A DNA stretch of 64,000 nucleotides from an uncultured virus (IMG/VR IMGVR_UViG_3300046692_000581) (Duplodnaviria; Heunggongvirae; Uroviricota; Caudoviricetes), in the IMG/VR virus record IMGVR_UViG_3300046692_000581, one strand, 5' to 3'. A program made the position numbers and the translations under genes. How positions within the stretch are numbered: the first letter of the stretch is position 1; each line of letters opens with the position of its first letter. Shown piece after piece: positions 8,608 through 17,479 of the stretch. The notes under the pieces were generated by a model. That model was not told where the DNA came from. It made no database searches and was given only the letters and a program-made list of their open reading frames with translations.

Positions 8608-9006
8608 TCAAACCGTACCCGAAATCAGGTGATTCTTCAGGCGCTCTTGCATTTGCGCCTTTTGCTCTTCGGTGAATTTGGCAAAGCTGGCGGCTGAAAC
8701 TAGCAGGGTCAGCCATGAGCCGCGATACTTACCCAGATAGCCTTGGCGCTTGGCGGGTTCGCCTATTGCAAGCTCAGTAATGACCATCGGGTGATCACCA
8801 AGGGCCTGAGTATTAGCTGGCGCTTCAACAGCAGTGGTTGCAACCACAACGGCGGCGTCTTCCTGGGCGATTACTGGAACTTCATTTTTTACGATTTCAA
8901 GATGGGGTTGAGGCTTTACTTTTGACTTTGCTTTTGGCGTTTCTTGAGATTGTGCGATGGCTGCAATCGCAGGTGATTCGAGAAACATATCGAATTGGTC
9001 AAACAT
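8608..9006 (-). CDS. hypothetical protein
   Basis: 132 aa, GGAG SD, promoter upstream. Confidence 0.7.
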   Translation of the reverse strand: MFDQFDMFLESPAIAAIAQSQETPKAKSKVKPQPHLEIVKNEVPVIAQEDAAVVVATTAVEAPANTQALGDHPMVITELAIGEPAKRQGYLGKYRGSWLTLLVSAASFAKFTEEQKAQMQERLKNHLISGTV

Positions 9007-9108
9007 GCTCGAAATCTCCGGTGAGCCTTTTAAAAACGTTCGAATTTGTGCTAATTACTATGACAAGAATACTAACTTATGTCAATAATAATGACGACTA
9101 ATTTGTGG

Positions 9109-9534
9109 TTAGATGCGGCTTACATTGATTATTTGTGTTGCTGGGAGGCTTTTCTGGGAGAAAACGGCATTCACCAGGGCCAATGATTGTTGTGCGGATA
9201 GGCCGGTTTTTTCAATTCCATCGATTTTACGCCACCACTGCCGCATCGCTATTTCAGTGTGCAATTGGTGCTTTTTCTTAATCGGCTTGATCGGATCAAT
9301 AAAGGAGTCGCAATCCCATTCCAAATCCGCCCACGCAGCTTTGATGAATAGAATGCACATCTCACCGCCATGTTTCCGATGCTTTGCACGGGCGTAATAC
9401 AGGGCGGACTCCTGACAATCGGTGAGGTAGACCGACCCCCGAATTTCCTTTGTTTCCAACATTGCCTCATAGGCTTGAATGGTGGTGCCGTGCATCAAAA
9501 CAACGTCCTGCGCTGACACGTCAGCCCAGTCCAA
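9109..9534 (-). CDS. putative ADP-ribosyltransferase-fold protein
   Basis: LMHGT...SVYLT...ALYYA motif spacing; TTG start with GGAG SD. Confidence 0.5.
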   Translation of the reverse strand: MDWADVSAQDVVLMHGTTIQAYEAMLETKEIRGSVYLTDCQESALYYARAKHRKHGGEMCILFIKAAWADLEWDCDSFIDPIKPIKKKHQLHTEIAMRQWWRKIDGIEKTGLSAQQSLALVNAVFSQKSLPATQIINVSRI

Positions 9535-9588
9535 TCGCTCCAGTGGGTGCTTTGTGGTCGCTCGCCTTCCTTTGCTTCAATCAATAGA

Positions 9589-9903
9589 TTATGGCCGTGT
9601 AGCATTGCCGATCAAGTTGTCCAGATGCTCACAGGTCTCTACGCAGGAGGACAGGTCTTTGCGTGTCGCATTACCGCCCTTGGACACCTTGTCGTGAAGT
9701 TCTCGGGCAAAGCTGGTGCCTACGTGCTCGGGAAACGGTGTTCCCTTCAGTGTTGTCAGTTGTGCTTCTTTAGTCAGCAGGGCGTCCAGGCAGTATTGCG
9801 TGTCACGCGGCTTGATTTTTCCACCCTGATTGATGTGATCCCACAGGCGACGTACTTGAGCTGTATTTCCGCGCCAGTCATTTTGTGCAGTTGGAATGTT
9901 CAT
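9589..9903 (-). CDS. hypothetical protein
   Basis: 104-aa ORF with an internal dyad repeat. Confidence 0.65.
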   Translation of the reverse strand: MNIPTAQNDWRGNTAQVRRLWDHINQGGKIKPRDTQYCLDALLTKEAQLTTLKGTPFPEHVGTSFARELHDKVSKGGNATRKDLSSCVETCEHLDNLIGNATRP

Positions 9904-10006
9904 TTTATGCTCTCTTAAGATAATAAGTGTTTAATCTACTGGCTGTGTCAGACACATCGTGGGCGTATTATGCCAATATCGACAAAAATGTCAAATTCAC
10001 AAACTA

Positions 10007-10843
10007 TTATGGCTTATCTGAGCATTGATCTTCGCGAACTGCTCCATCTGTCGTTCTGATTAGCCAGTGAAGCGGTATGGTGCCGTAGACCTTTGTTCGT
10101 GGGGGCTGATCAACGGACCATGGGGCAAAATTAACTTCAAGTTCAGCTCGCCCGATATATGCGATGTTGTTGTCAAATTCGTAGATAGGATAGCAATCTG
10201 CGTCCACAAAGTAAGTGTCTCTACTCGGCGTTGAATCAAAATGGCGAATCGCACGAAACCGCAGTGTTGTTCCACTTTCAATGATCGTTTCCTTATGCGC
10301 ACTTTTCACTATCAAGTGCTCCCCTTCCGGAATGATAGCTTCACCAAACGCTTGACGAAAATGGGCAGATGTCATTTCCCTTTTAAATTTTGAATCACGA
10401 ATAAATGATAGCTCGTAGTAGTCTTCGATCCAACCTTTTATTTGGACAATTCGGTTATCATCATTGGCTCCATACGCAAAGCGCCCACCCAAAAGGCTAT
10501 CCATCACAATCAATGCCTGTACAGTTCTTGACGCCTCAATAAAGTCCATTCCACGCATAAATCGAAGGACACTTTCATAGGCATATTTGAATCCAGAGCC
10601 AGCGCAAAAGGACGCTAGCTTTTGCAATTGATTCGCTAGCAAATCTCTATTCGAGGCGTGAACGATTGGCAGTCCTTCGCGGAGCAGTTGAGACACGAAC
10701 ATGGCGTATTCGATGAAGCTCAATTCCCCAATTTTATTGTGCGGTTTCAGGACATAGTTGTAGAAGTGACCGTCATATTCAACGGCGAGAGAACATTTAG
10801 AAAAATTGAGATGAGTACCGACCTGCATGAATTTATCGACCAT
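10007..10843 (-). CDS. hypothetical protein, paralog of 10901-11713
   Basis: Shared MQVGTHLxFSKCS, LLREGLP, SRTVQAL, LRFRAIRHFDSTP, GRAELEV. Confidence 0.8.
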   Translation of the reverse strand: MVDKFMQVGTHLNFSKCSLAVEYDGHFYNYVLKPHNKIGELSFIEYAMFVSQLLREGLPIVHASNRDLLANQLQKLASFCAGSGFKYAYESVLRFMRGMDFIEASRTVQALIVMDSLLGGRFAYGANDDNRIVQIKGWIEDYYELSFIRDSKFKREMTSAHFRQAFGEAIIPEGEHLIVKSAHKETIIESGTTLRFRAIRHFDSTPSRDTYFVDADCYPIYEFDNNIAYIGRAELEVNFAPWSVDQPPRTKVYGTIPLHWLIRTTDGAVREDQCSDKP

Positions 10844-10900
10844 AATTTTTGCTAAATTGTAGGGATTATATTTAATTCGTCATTCGTGATGCCATCAGTC

Positions 10901-11713
10901 TTAATCATCTGAATTAAAGGCTGGCCCGTCCGTGGTTTTTGTAATCCAGTGCAGTGGCAGGAATCCGAATGCTGTTTTATCGTTTGTCTCACCAAAGCAG
11001 GATGGATCAAAAATCACTTCAAGTTCAGCTCTTCCAAGATAGAATGTGTCTTTATCAAAGTTACAAACAGCATGACAATGCATGTCAACGCCACGAATAT
11101 ATTGGGTTGGCGTTGAATCAAAATGTCGGATGGCGCGAAAGCGTAGCATTGAGCCGCTTTCCAGTTTTGTTACTTTGTCGGCGGCTTCCACCTTTAGATA
11201 CTGACCTTCGGGAATAATGGCTTCGCCGTAGGCTTCATAAAAATGCGCAGTGGTAATTACTGCTTTAAACCGCGATTGGTGAATAAACATTAGATCTCGA
11301 TAATTTTCTCTAAACCCTTTGACTTTTATTCTCCCTCTTATGGTTTCATGGCATTCGTAGGCATAGCCGCCGCGCAGAAGATCCTCCATCACCATCAACG
11401 CCTGGACAGTCCTGGATGTCTCTATGAAGTTGCTATTGCAAGAAAATCGATAGAAGTTATCATCAACGTAATCAAGTCCTGATCCGGCGCTAAAGCAAGC
11501 AAATTTGATCAATTGGCTGGCCAGCAATTCTCTGTCAGCTTCGAGAACGACAGGCAATCCTTCGCGAAGCAATTCAGCCACGAACAAGGCTGATTCGAAG
11601 AAGGTGGCTTTGTCCAAATTATGATGTGGATGTATTGCATAATTATTGTACTTACCGTCATTTTCAACGATGAAAGAGCATTTCGAAAAATCGAGATGAG
11701 TGCCGACCTGCAT
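10901..11713 (-). CDS. hypothetical protein, paralog of 10007-10843
   Basis: Tandem paralog. Confidence 0.8.
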   Translation of the reverse strand: MQVGTHLDFSKCSFIVENDGKYNNYAIHPHHNLDKATFFESALFVAELLREGLPVVLEADRELLASQLIKFACFSAGSGLDYVDDNFYRFSCNSNFIETSRTVQALMVMEDLLRGGYAYECHETIRGRIKVKGFRENYRDLMFIHQSRFKAVITTAHFYEAYGEAIIPEGQYLKVEAADKVTKLESGSMLRFRAIRHFDSTPTQYIRGVDMHCHAVCNFDKDTFYLGRAELEVIFDPSCFGETNDKTAFGFLPLHWITKTTDGPAFNSDD

Positions 11714-11868
11714 GAATTTTCAGCCGTAATGATTGTGGAATTGTCGATATTATATTTAATTTATGGCTTTTGTCAATTGAAATGCGATCCTTGAGATCTT
11801 TGTCGCGAGTGACTTTCCAATGGCAACTTTTTGGGATAGATTACAAGCGATATCAGGGAGGTTTCTCA

Positions 11869-12423
11869 ATGCCACAAGCACAAGCTAAAATCAGCATTAA
11901 AGACAAAATTATAACTGAATACGCGCAGTGGACGGTGTTGTCTGCTGTTCGTCAGGGATGCCCTATTCGTAGCAGAAAGGATGTGTATCCAGCATTGTGT
12001 AAATTGGACTTTTCATCACTCTTTGATGAAAGCAAGGGGGCGATCCTTTCTGATGAGTTTGATGCATGGCACGCATCGGCACTTGAAACCTTGACCAAGA
12101 TTCCGCGTATGGAGTCGCATTTTGGTTGGGCGGCAAAGATGGTAAATGTGTACCTAAAAACGGCGGCGTACATCAGTGGTGCCGGACGCCCCGGACTAAG
12201 TGAGTGCATTCATCCGCCCTTTGACGACGGGCTGTGGAAAGGATTGCGCGCTGAGTTTTCCAGTAGCAATCCCGCCATTGTGGCGCGTAGTCATGCTATC
12301 ACCAAAATTAGTGGCATTCAGTCACTTGATTCCTACAACTCCATGATTGATGCGATGAGAGAGCTGGCCAAGGTGCATGGCTGCTCCCTTATTGAGCTTG
12401 AGCAGTTTTGGTTGAAGGGCTAG
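11869..12423 (+). CDS. hypothetical protein (GxAAKxxNxYLK...HPPFD, HhH-like)
   Basis: GGAGG SD before ATG 11869. Confidence 0.7.
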   Translation: MPQAQAKISIKDKIITEYAQWTVLSAVRQGCPIRSRKDVYPALCKLDFSSLFDESKGAILSDEFDAWHASALETLTKIPRMESHFGWAAKMVNVYLKTAAYISGAGRPGLSECIHPPFDDGLWKGLRAEFSSSNPAIVARSHAITKISGIQSLDSYNSMIDAMRELAKVHGCSLIELEQFWLKG

Positions 12424-13093
12424 TGACGCGTTCAAATCCAAGGGCTTCAAGTTCCGCAATGGCAATTGTGCTGCGCGGATCCAGCGCCCATGTTTTGGAT
12501 TCCTCAATGAAACGTGCCTTTCGTCGACTTGCGTCATACCGATTCGTGTAGGGCACGATAAAATGCACCAGTTTCTTGGGTTCAAATACGCCCAGTTTGG
12601 TAAGTCTTTCAATGACCTTTTCGTCGTTCTCGTCCACCCACAACGACTTTTGAATGGGTGACCATCGGGCCCCTGCTTTTTTGGCGAGCGGAAAATCAAA
12701 TTCGGTCGTTTGAAACAGGCGCCGTCCTGCAAAAGGATCCTCGTGAGGAATGCCTGTAAATTCGGGTGGTTGTACCCAATCCCAATAGTCATCATCGTGG
12801 GTTGATGGGTGGATTGCTTTATTCACCAAAACGCCCTTTTTCAATCGATAGGACGTGCCATCTGCTGTTGTATAGGTATTGGGTGGAGGCCCTTTAGGAG
12901 GCGTCACGCTTGATACGCAAATCACTTCTCTTGCATTGGTTCGGATCCAGAAGTTACTGCGCCGACGCAGCTCATAGGTGATCTGGGCAATGGTCAGATC
13001 GCAAGCAATGACCTCGGTGTCCAGGGAGATTTTTGTGTAATCAGAAGGCGCGATATCACTGATGCTCATTGAGCAGATACTCCGGCAATCCAA
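12389..13093 (-). CDS. DUF5710-like domain protein (two copies)
   Basis: AKKAGARWSPIQKSLWV and VPYTNRYDASRRKARFIEESKTW. Confidence 0.6.
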   Translation of the reverse strand: MDCRSICSMSISDIAPSDYTKISLDTEVIACDLTIAQITYELRRRSNFWIRTNAREVICVSSVTPPKGPPPNTYTTADGTSYRLKKGVLVNKAIHPSTHDDDYWDWVQPPEFTGIPHEDPFAGRRLFQTTEFDFPLAKKAGARWSPIQKSLWVDENDEKVIERLTKLGVFEPKKLVHFIVPYTNRYDASRRKARFIEESKTWALDPRSTIAIAELEALGFERVTSPSTKTAQAQ

Positions 13094-13571
13094 ACAGTTT
13101 AAGGGTTGTTTTCATGCGCTCTTTTACGGCTGGATTGTGCTGTTTGGCATGAGTCGACAAGATCAGTTGCAGCCTTGCCTGTATCGGTTTGTTGTAGAGC
13201 ACCAGCTCGCGGAGGACCTGAGCAACGAGGAAAAACATCGCGTCATCGAGATGCTTGTCGCTATTCTCTGATGGGGGATTTGAGGCAGCTGAACTTATGA
13301 TGTTGGGGCTTTTACTTGCCAAAAGTTTAAACATTTCGACGTCGATCTTCCAATCGAGCAAGACGTCAGGCTCATCGTATACGGACAGCGAGTCAAGCAC
13401 GCTGGGTTTCTGGTCGCTCAGCAGCGATTCTTTGAGCTTATCCAACATGCAGGAAATCATGTACGTCAAGCCGCACGGTGGTAGCGGAGTGAATATGCCA
13501 ATTTCACTTTTCAGATAAGTGATCAGGACGTCACTGGTCGATCTGAGATGGAAGAAATCCGATGCGTACAT
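13056..13571 (-). CDS. hypothetical protein
   Basis: 171-aa ORF in operon. Confidence 0.65.
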   Translation of the reverse strand: MYASDFFHLRSTSDVLITYLKSEIGIFTPLPPCGLTYMISCMLDKLKESLLSDQKPSVLDSLSVYDEPDVLLDWKIDVEMFKLLASKSPNIISSAASNPPSENSDKHLDDAMFFLVAQVLRELVLYNKPIQARLQLILSTHAKQHNPAVKERMKTTLKLFGLPEYLLNEHQ

Positions 13572-13583
13572 GAGCCCCGCCCA

Positions 13584-14120
13584 TTACAAGAGACTGGAGG
13601 CAATAATCAGGCGAGCCAAGTTCTTGGCGTCTACCATAGCGTTGTGCTGCTTGCCTTCGAATTGGAGGTCATATTGATCCATTGCCTTGACCATGCTCAA
13701 TCTGCCGCCGTTATGACGGTGTTTTACCATGAAGACCAAAGCGGCGTTGATGGAGTTGGTGAATGGTGAGAAGAAGTCCTTTGTGGTGCATTCTTCATCA
13801 AGGATTGCGGCATCATTGCCCCAGGCGACGTAAGTTTTATGGGCGCCACCAAACTTGTTCTTGATGGACTCAAGTACCATTTCAAGCGGTTTGCCCTGCG
13901 TATCTACTCGTTCCTGGGTCAGACCGGTGAGCTTAGTGCAAAATTCTGAAACCAGATCGTTCTCTGGTTTTACGATGTGCTCGGCTGTTCGCAGAATCTT
14001 GCCTGTGGTCAGGCACAGTTCGGCCAGTCCAATGGAGATCACCTCTCCCGTACCTTTTTCACGATCATCCCAGCAGCACATTTCAAGATCGAAACAAACA
14101 ACTTTGGTGTAGTCAGACAT
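13584..14120 (-). CDS. DEDDh 3'-5' exonuclease (KapD/ERI-1-like)
   Basis: FDLEM...EVISIG...WGND...HNAMVDA. Confidence 0.9.
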   Translation of the reverse strand: MSDYTKVVCFDLEMCCWDDREKGTGEVISIGLAELCLTTGKILRTAEHIVKPENDLVSEFCTKLTGLTQERVDTQGKPLEMVLESIKNKFGGAHKTYVAWGNDAAILDEECTTKDFFSPFTNSINAALVFMVKHRHNGGRLSMVKAMDQYDLQFEGKQHNAMVDAKNLARLIIASSLL

Positions 14121-14213
14121 GGTTACCACCGGCACTGAGGGGCATGCGCCCCTATAGTCAAAAGCCCGGTTAGGGCCGGGCGTTAATTTAGTTGATTCTC
14201 AAGCCCCATTGGC

Positions 14214-14687
14214 TTACTGCTCAGTGCCATTGGCTTTAGCTTTTTCATCGGCATCGATGATGGCTGCGCCTTGTTTTCGCAGCCAATAAATCAGATCGTT
14301 GCCTGCGCAGAACGAAAGATTGTGCGTCCCCTCCTCGTCTTCTGGATCTTCCTTGGTTTTTTCCTTGAAGATTTCGACGAGGCGAATTTCCAGGTCAACC
14401 GACGATGCTACTTTGCGAGCCTGACGCCCCTCAATCACGTAGGAGCTTCGTTCTTCAGAATCTCCGGGAGTAAATGCAGGGAGTGATTGAATCCACTCGT
14501 AGAAGCTCTCAAGGGCCACAAGACCAAGCACCTCAAAGCAGTTTTGATCATCTGGATCAAGGCGATTGTAATCGCCATAGAGCGTTCTGATCTTCTGATC
14601 TGGACTGACAAAATACTCGACGTGAATGGGTGCTGTTCCGTCTGGGGGCAAGACCCACGCTTTTTCCGATTCTGGATATTCCGTCAT
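14214..14687 (-). CDS. hypothetical protein
   Basis: 157 aa, AGGAG SD. Confidence 0.7.
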   Translation of the reverse strand: MTEYPESEKAWVLPPDGTAPIHVEYFVSPDQKIRTLYGDYNRLDPDDQNCFEVLGLVALESFYEWIQSLPAFTPGDSEERSSYVIEGRQARKVASSVDLEIRLVEIFKEKTKEDPEDEEGTHNLSFCAGNDLIYWLRKQGAAIIDADEKAKANGTEQ

Positions 14688-14688
14688 C

Positions 14689-15039
14689 TTATTGCTCCTG
14701 GCTTATGTTGGTGCCAATGCAGGTCGACGACCCGATCTTGAAGTCCACTACTGCTGCATCTTTCAGGATTTCAGATACGTCAGAAATAGCTTCCAATTGT
14801 GCCTTGAGGTTACGCACTTCCGCTTCGGCCTTATGGCGCATGTATTTTTCGTTGTGAAGCGCATTGCCCATATAAGCCATGACGACTTCAGCGTTCACAC
14901 GATGGTGCTTGATGTTGAACGAAGGGGGGTGGTCACCCGTTGGGCTGTCCACCGTTCCGATGTCGTATAGTCCATCGTCACGGTGCTCTACCCGAATAGG
15001 GTTTGGCAGATCGGGGTCACCATCAATAATACGAGCCAT
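14689..15039 (-). CDS. hypothetical protein
   Basis: 116 aa, AGGAG SD, promoter upstream. Confidence 0.7.
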   Translation of the reverse strand: MARIIDGDPDLPNPIRVEHRDDGLYDIGTVDSPTGDHPPSFNIKHHRVNAEVVMAYMGNALHNEKYMRHKAEAEVRNLKAQLEAISDVSEILKDAAVVDFKIGSSTCIGTNISQEQ

Positions 15040-15136
15040 CTAAATCTCCTGGTTATTTATTTAATATGCCACTAATCATAATAACTGTCAATATCAATGT
15101 CAGTCCGTATAATTTTGGTCCCTTTGAAGGGCTCGA

Positions 15137-15391
15137 TTAGCTAAATCCACACTTAAAATTGTAGAGATCTTGTATCAGTGCCATTCGATCCTTAGGCAGT
15201 TTGTAGTCAATGCTTTCGTCTGCAACCTCAAACGCGATGGGACACATGCTGGCCCCCAAATCACGGATGGCATCTGCCAGCTCATCGGCATTGGGCGTAA
15301 GGACGCGAATGGTGCGCTCCTGGACTCCGTCGTCCTCTGCGTTTTGCCGGGTGTATTCCACCTCAAACACTATTCCTGCGGAATTTATCAT
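15137..15391 (-). CDS. hypothetical protein
   Basis: 84 aa, AAGGGG SD. Confidence 0.6.
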   Translation of the reverse strand: MINSAGIVFEVEYTRQNAEDDGVQERTIRVLTPNADELADAIRDLGASMCPIAFEVADESIDYKLPKDRMALIQDLYNFKCGFS

Positions 15392-15542
15392 TGTTGCCCC
15401 TTATCGGAAAATGAATGTTTTTTCGCAATTTCATATTTCAAATGTCACGAAATTATTGCATATGGCTTCAACCCTCCCACAAGAGCTAGTGGGAGGAGGT
15501 GCTTCATTGGGGGCTGTTCGTTTTCCCACTGCTTGCACCATT

Positions 15543-15841
15543 AAAAAAAGGCGAAGCCACCGGTTAAAGTAATTTCGCCTTCTCGTATCGCCCGCTGGAT
15601 CATCAATATCCTTTTACGCACTGCAATTCCCATTGCTGGAAATTCTGGCGGATTATCTACAAAGATGGGACTCCTACTAGCCCGGTCGGTGTTTCACTTA
15701 AGAAATTCAGCAGCCAGGACGGCTCGATAGAGATGTTCATCATACAGCTGTCGCCGCTAATCTTCAATGATTAGTCTAAATTATCTGTAGCAGTATGGCG
15801 TTTCGTGCACATCCCTCTCTTTTTGGATGACAGCGTATGAT
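15543..15841 (-). ncRNA. candidate structured ncRNA (~300 nt)
   Basis: TATAAT just upstream, 13-bp 5' helix, possible pseudoknot, intrinsic terminator 15543-15581. Confidence 0.6.
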
Positions 15842-15879
15842 CTTCATTATAATATTGCGGTAAATAGGAGTATCACATC

Positions 15880-16044
15880 TTGAAAAAGCCAGAAGTTCTC
15901 GAAAGCACCCCGTTTTCTCGGTTTTTCCGTAGCGCCTCGGAAGAGGAGAAGCGTCGTGTCTACAAGCAGGTAATTGAGCGTTCAATCAAGGCCCAGCTGG
16001 ACGTGATTGAGTGTGCAAAGGCAATGCCTCCTAAGCAAAATTGA
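15880..16044 (+). CDS. small protein of the STPFSxFxRxASxxEKxxVY family
   Basis: TTG start, AGGAG SD; MKKPEVLESTPFSRFFRSASEEEKRRVYKQVIERS (below the ORF-track cutoff). Confidence 0.65.
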   Translation: MKKPEVLESTPFSRFFRSASEEEKRRVYKQVIERSIKAQLDVIECAKAMPPKQN

Positions 16045-16081
16045 ACGCCAATTATAATAACAAATAAAATGGTCACCAAAA

Positions 16082-17380
16082 ATGTCGCAATTAAAACAGC
16101 ATTTTACGGCTTTAGAGTGGCTGCGTTTTGGCCTGGGCCTGTACATCGTTTTTTTTCATACCTTTCATTTTCCAGGCTTGCCTGAGTGGGTGACTAAATC
16201 CACTCAATTAGGTTTTTTTGCCACCAGCACTTTTTTTGTTCTGTCAGGATTTTTGTTGTCTCATGTATACCTTGTGAGAAAGGTAGACCATTCCGTGAAA
16301 ATGAGGGAGTCAACCAGAAGTTTTCTAGTCAAGCGTTTTGCGAACTTATACCCGATACATATTTTCTCCCTGCTGGCGACTTTGGTTATCGTATCTGCCC
16401 TTCCCTTATTCTTGATAAAGCCTGATGATGCGGGCGCAAGCCTGAGATTCGTTGTTTTCGACGTCAATAATTATGCGAATGGACATGCGTTAAGGCATTA
16501 CATGAACAACGCGGAGTTAATTATTGCATTCATCATGAATTTTACCTTGCTTCAGTCACTGAACCCATATTACCTAACGTTCAACGCTCCAGCTTGGACA
16601 GTGTCGACGCTTTTTTGCCTCTACTTATTGTTTCCTTTCTTATCTATCAGACTGAGTAAGTTAAAAAATCCGCTCGGCGCCATGATGTTGATCAACCTAA
16701 TTTACCTAGTTCCGGTCTTATTGGTCATTGGCTTTACTGACTTTGGTTATCCGGAAACGGGGATTTTGCATAGAAACCCCCTTGTCAGGCTTCCGGAGTT
16801 TGCAGCTGGCATTTTGCTTTGCAGTCTTTACCACAGACGTAGCAGCGTGGCTAAGGGTTTGAGTCGGCTTATGGGTATCTCGCTGGCAGCCTTGATTGTG
16901 TTGTCCCTTTACGGTGCCAGTCACCTATTGGCCATTGCTCCACGGATCAGTCAATCAGGAAATGTGCCTTACTACCTTCTTCACAATGGCGCTTTGTTGC
17001 CCGCTCAGTTGGCGCTGATTTATTTGTGTTTGTTCATCCGGTTACCTGATAACGAACGGTTTGTGAGATGGTCCAGGCGGCTTGGAGGGGCTTCGTTACC
17101 GATGTTTGCTTTTCACGTGCCGATCTACATTATTTACTCTAGATTGCAATTGGTGGCAGCTGGAAGTCCTGGATTGTGCTTTACCCAATTCAGAGAGTGC
17201 ATGACTCAGGCAGGCCCTCCCCTAGTGGCTTTCTACCCCGTGTATCTTTTTATCATGATTGTATTCTGCCTATTCTTTCAAGAGAGAGTGGTTGTGGTTT
17301 GTCGGCAAAAAATCATTGAGATTTTGATTGGGAAGGCGGGTCTTTTCGGTAGGAAGATGCCTTGGGTCGCAAGATCGTAG
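16082..17380 (+). CDS. acyltransferase-3 (OafA/YrhL family) membrane O-acyltransferase
   Basis: LEWLRF, FFH, FFVLSGFLL, KRFANLYP, NAPAWT; about 10 TM helices. Confidence 0.9.
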   Translation: MSQLKQHFTALEWLRFGLGLYIVFFHTFHFPGLPEWVTKSTQLGFFATSTFFVLSGFLLSHVYLVRKVDHSVKMRESTRSFLVKRFANLYPIHIFSLLATLVIVSALPLFLIKPDDAGASLRFVVFDVNNYANGHALRHYMNNAELIIAFIMNFTLLQSLNPYYLTFNAPAWTVSTLFCLYLLFPFLSIRLSKLKNPLGAMMLINLIYLVPVLLVIGFTDFGYPETGILHRNPLVRLPEFAAGILLCSLYHRRSSVAKGLSRLMGISLAALIVLSLYGASHLLAIAPRISQSGNVPYYLLHNGALLPAQLALIYLCLFIRLPDNERFVRWSRRLGGASLPMFAFHVPIYIIYSRLQLVAAGSPGLCFTQFRECMTQAGPPLVAFYPVYLFIMIVFCLFFQERVVVVCRQKIIEILIGKAGLFGRKMPWVARS

Positions 17381-17406
17381 CCGAAAGATCTCACGTGCTG
17401 TGGATT

Positions 17407-17433
17407 AAAAAAGGCCCTCAGGTGAGGGCCTTT
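17407..17433. terminator. bidirectional terminator
   Basis: AAAAAAGGCCCTCA-GG-TGAGGGCCTTT between convergent genes. Confidence 0.75.
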
Positions 17434-17479
17434 ATATTCCTTTTATATGGGACTTTCGAGTGAAAGGCTTTTTATTGGT

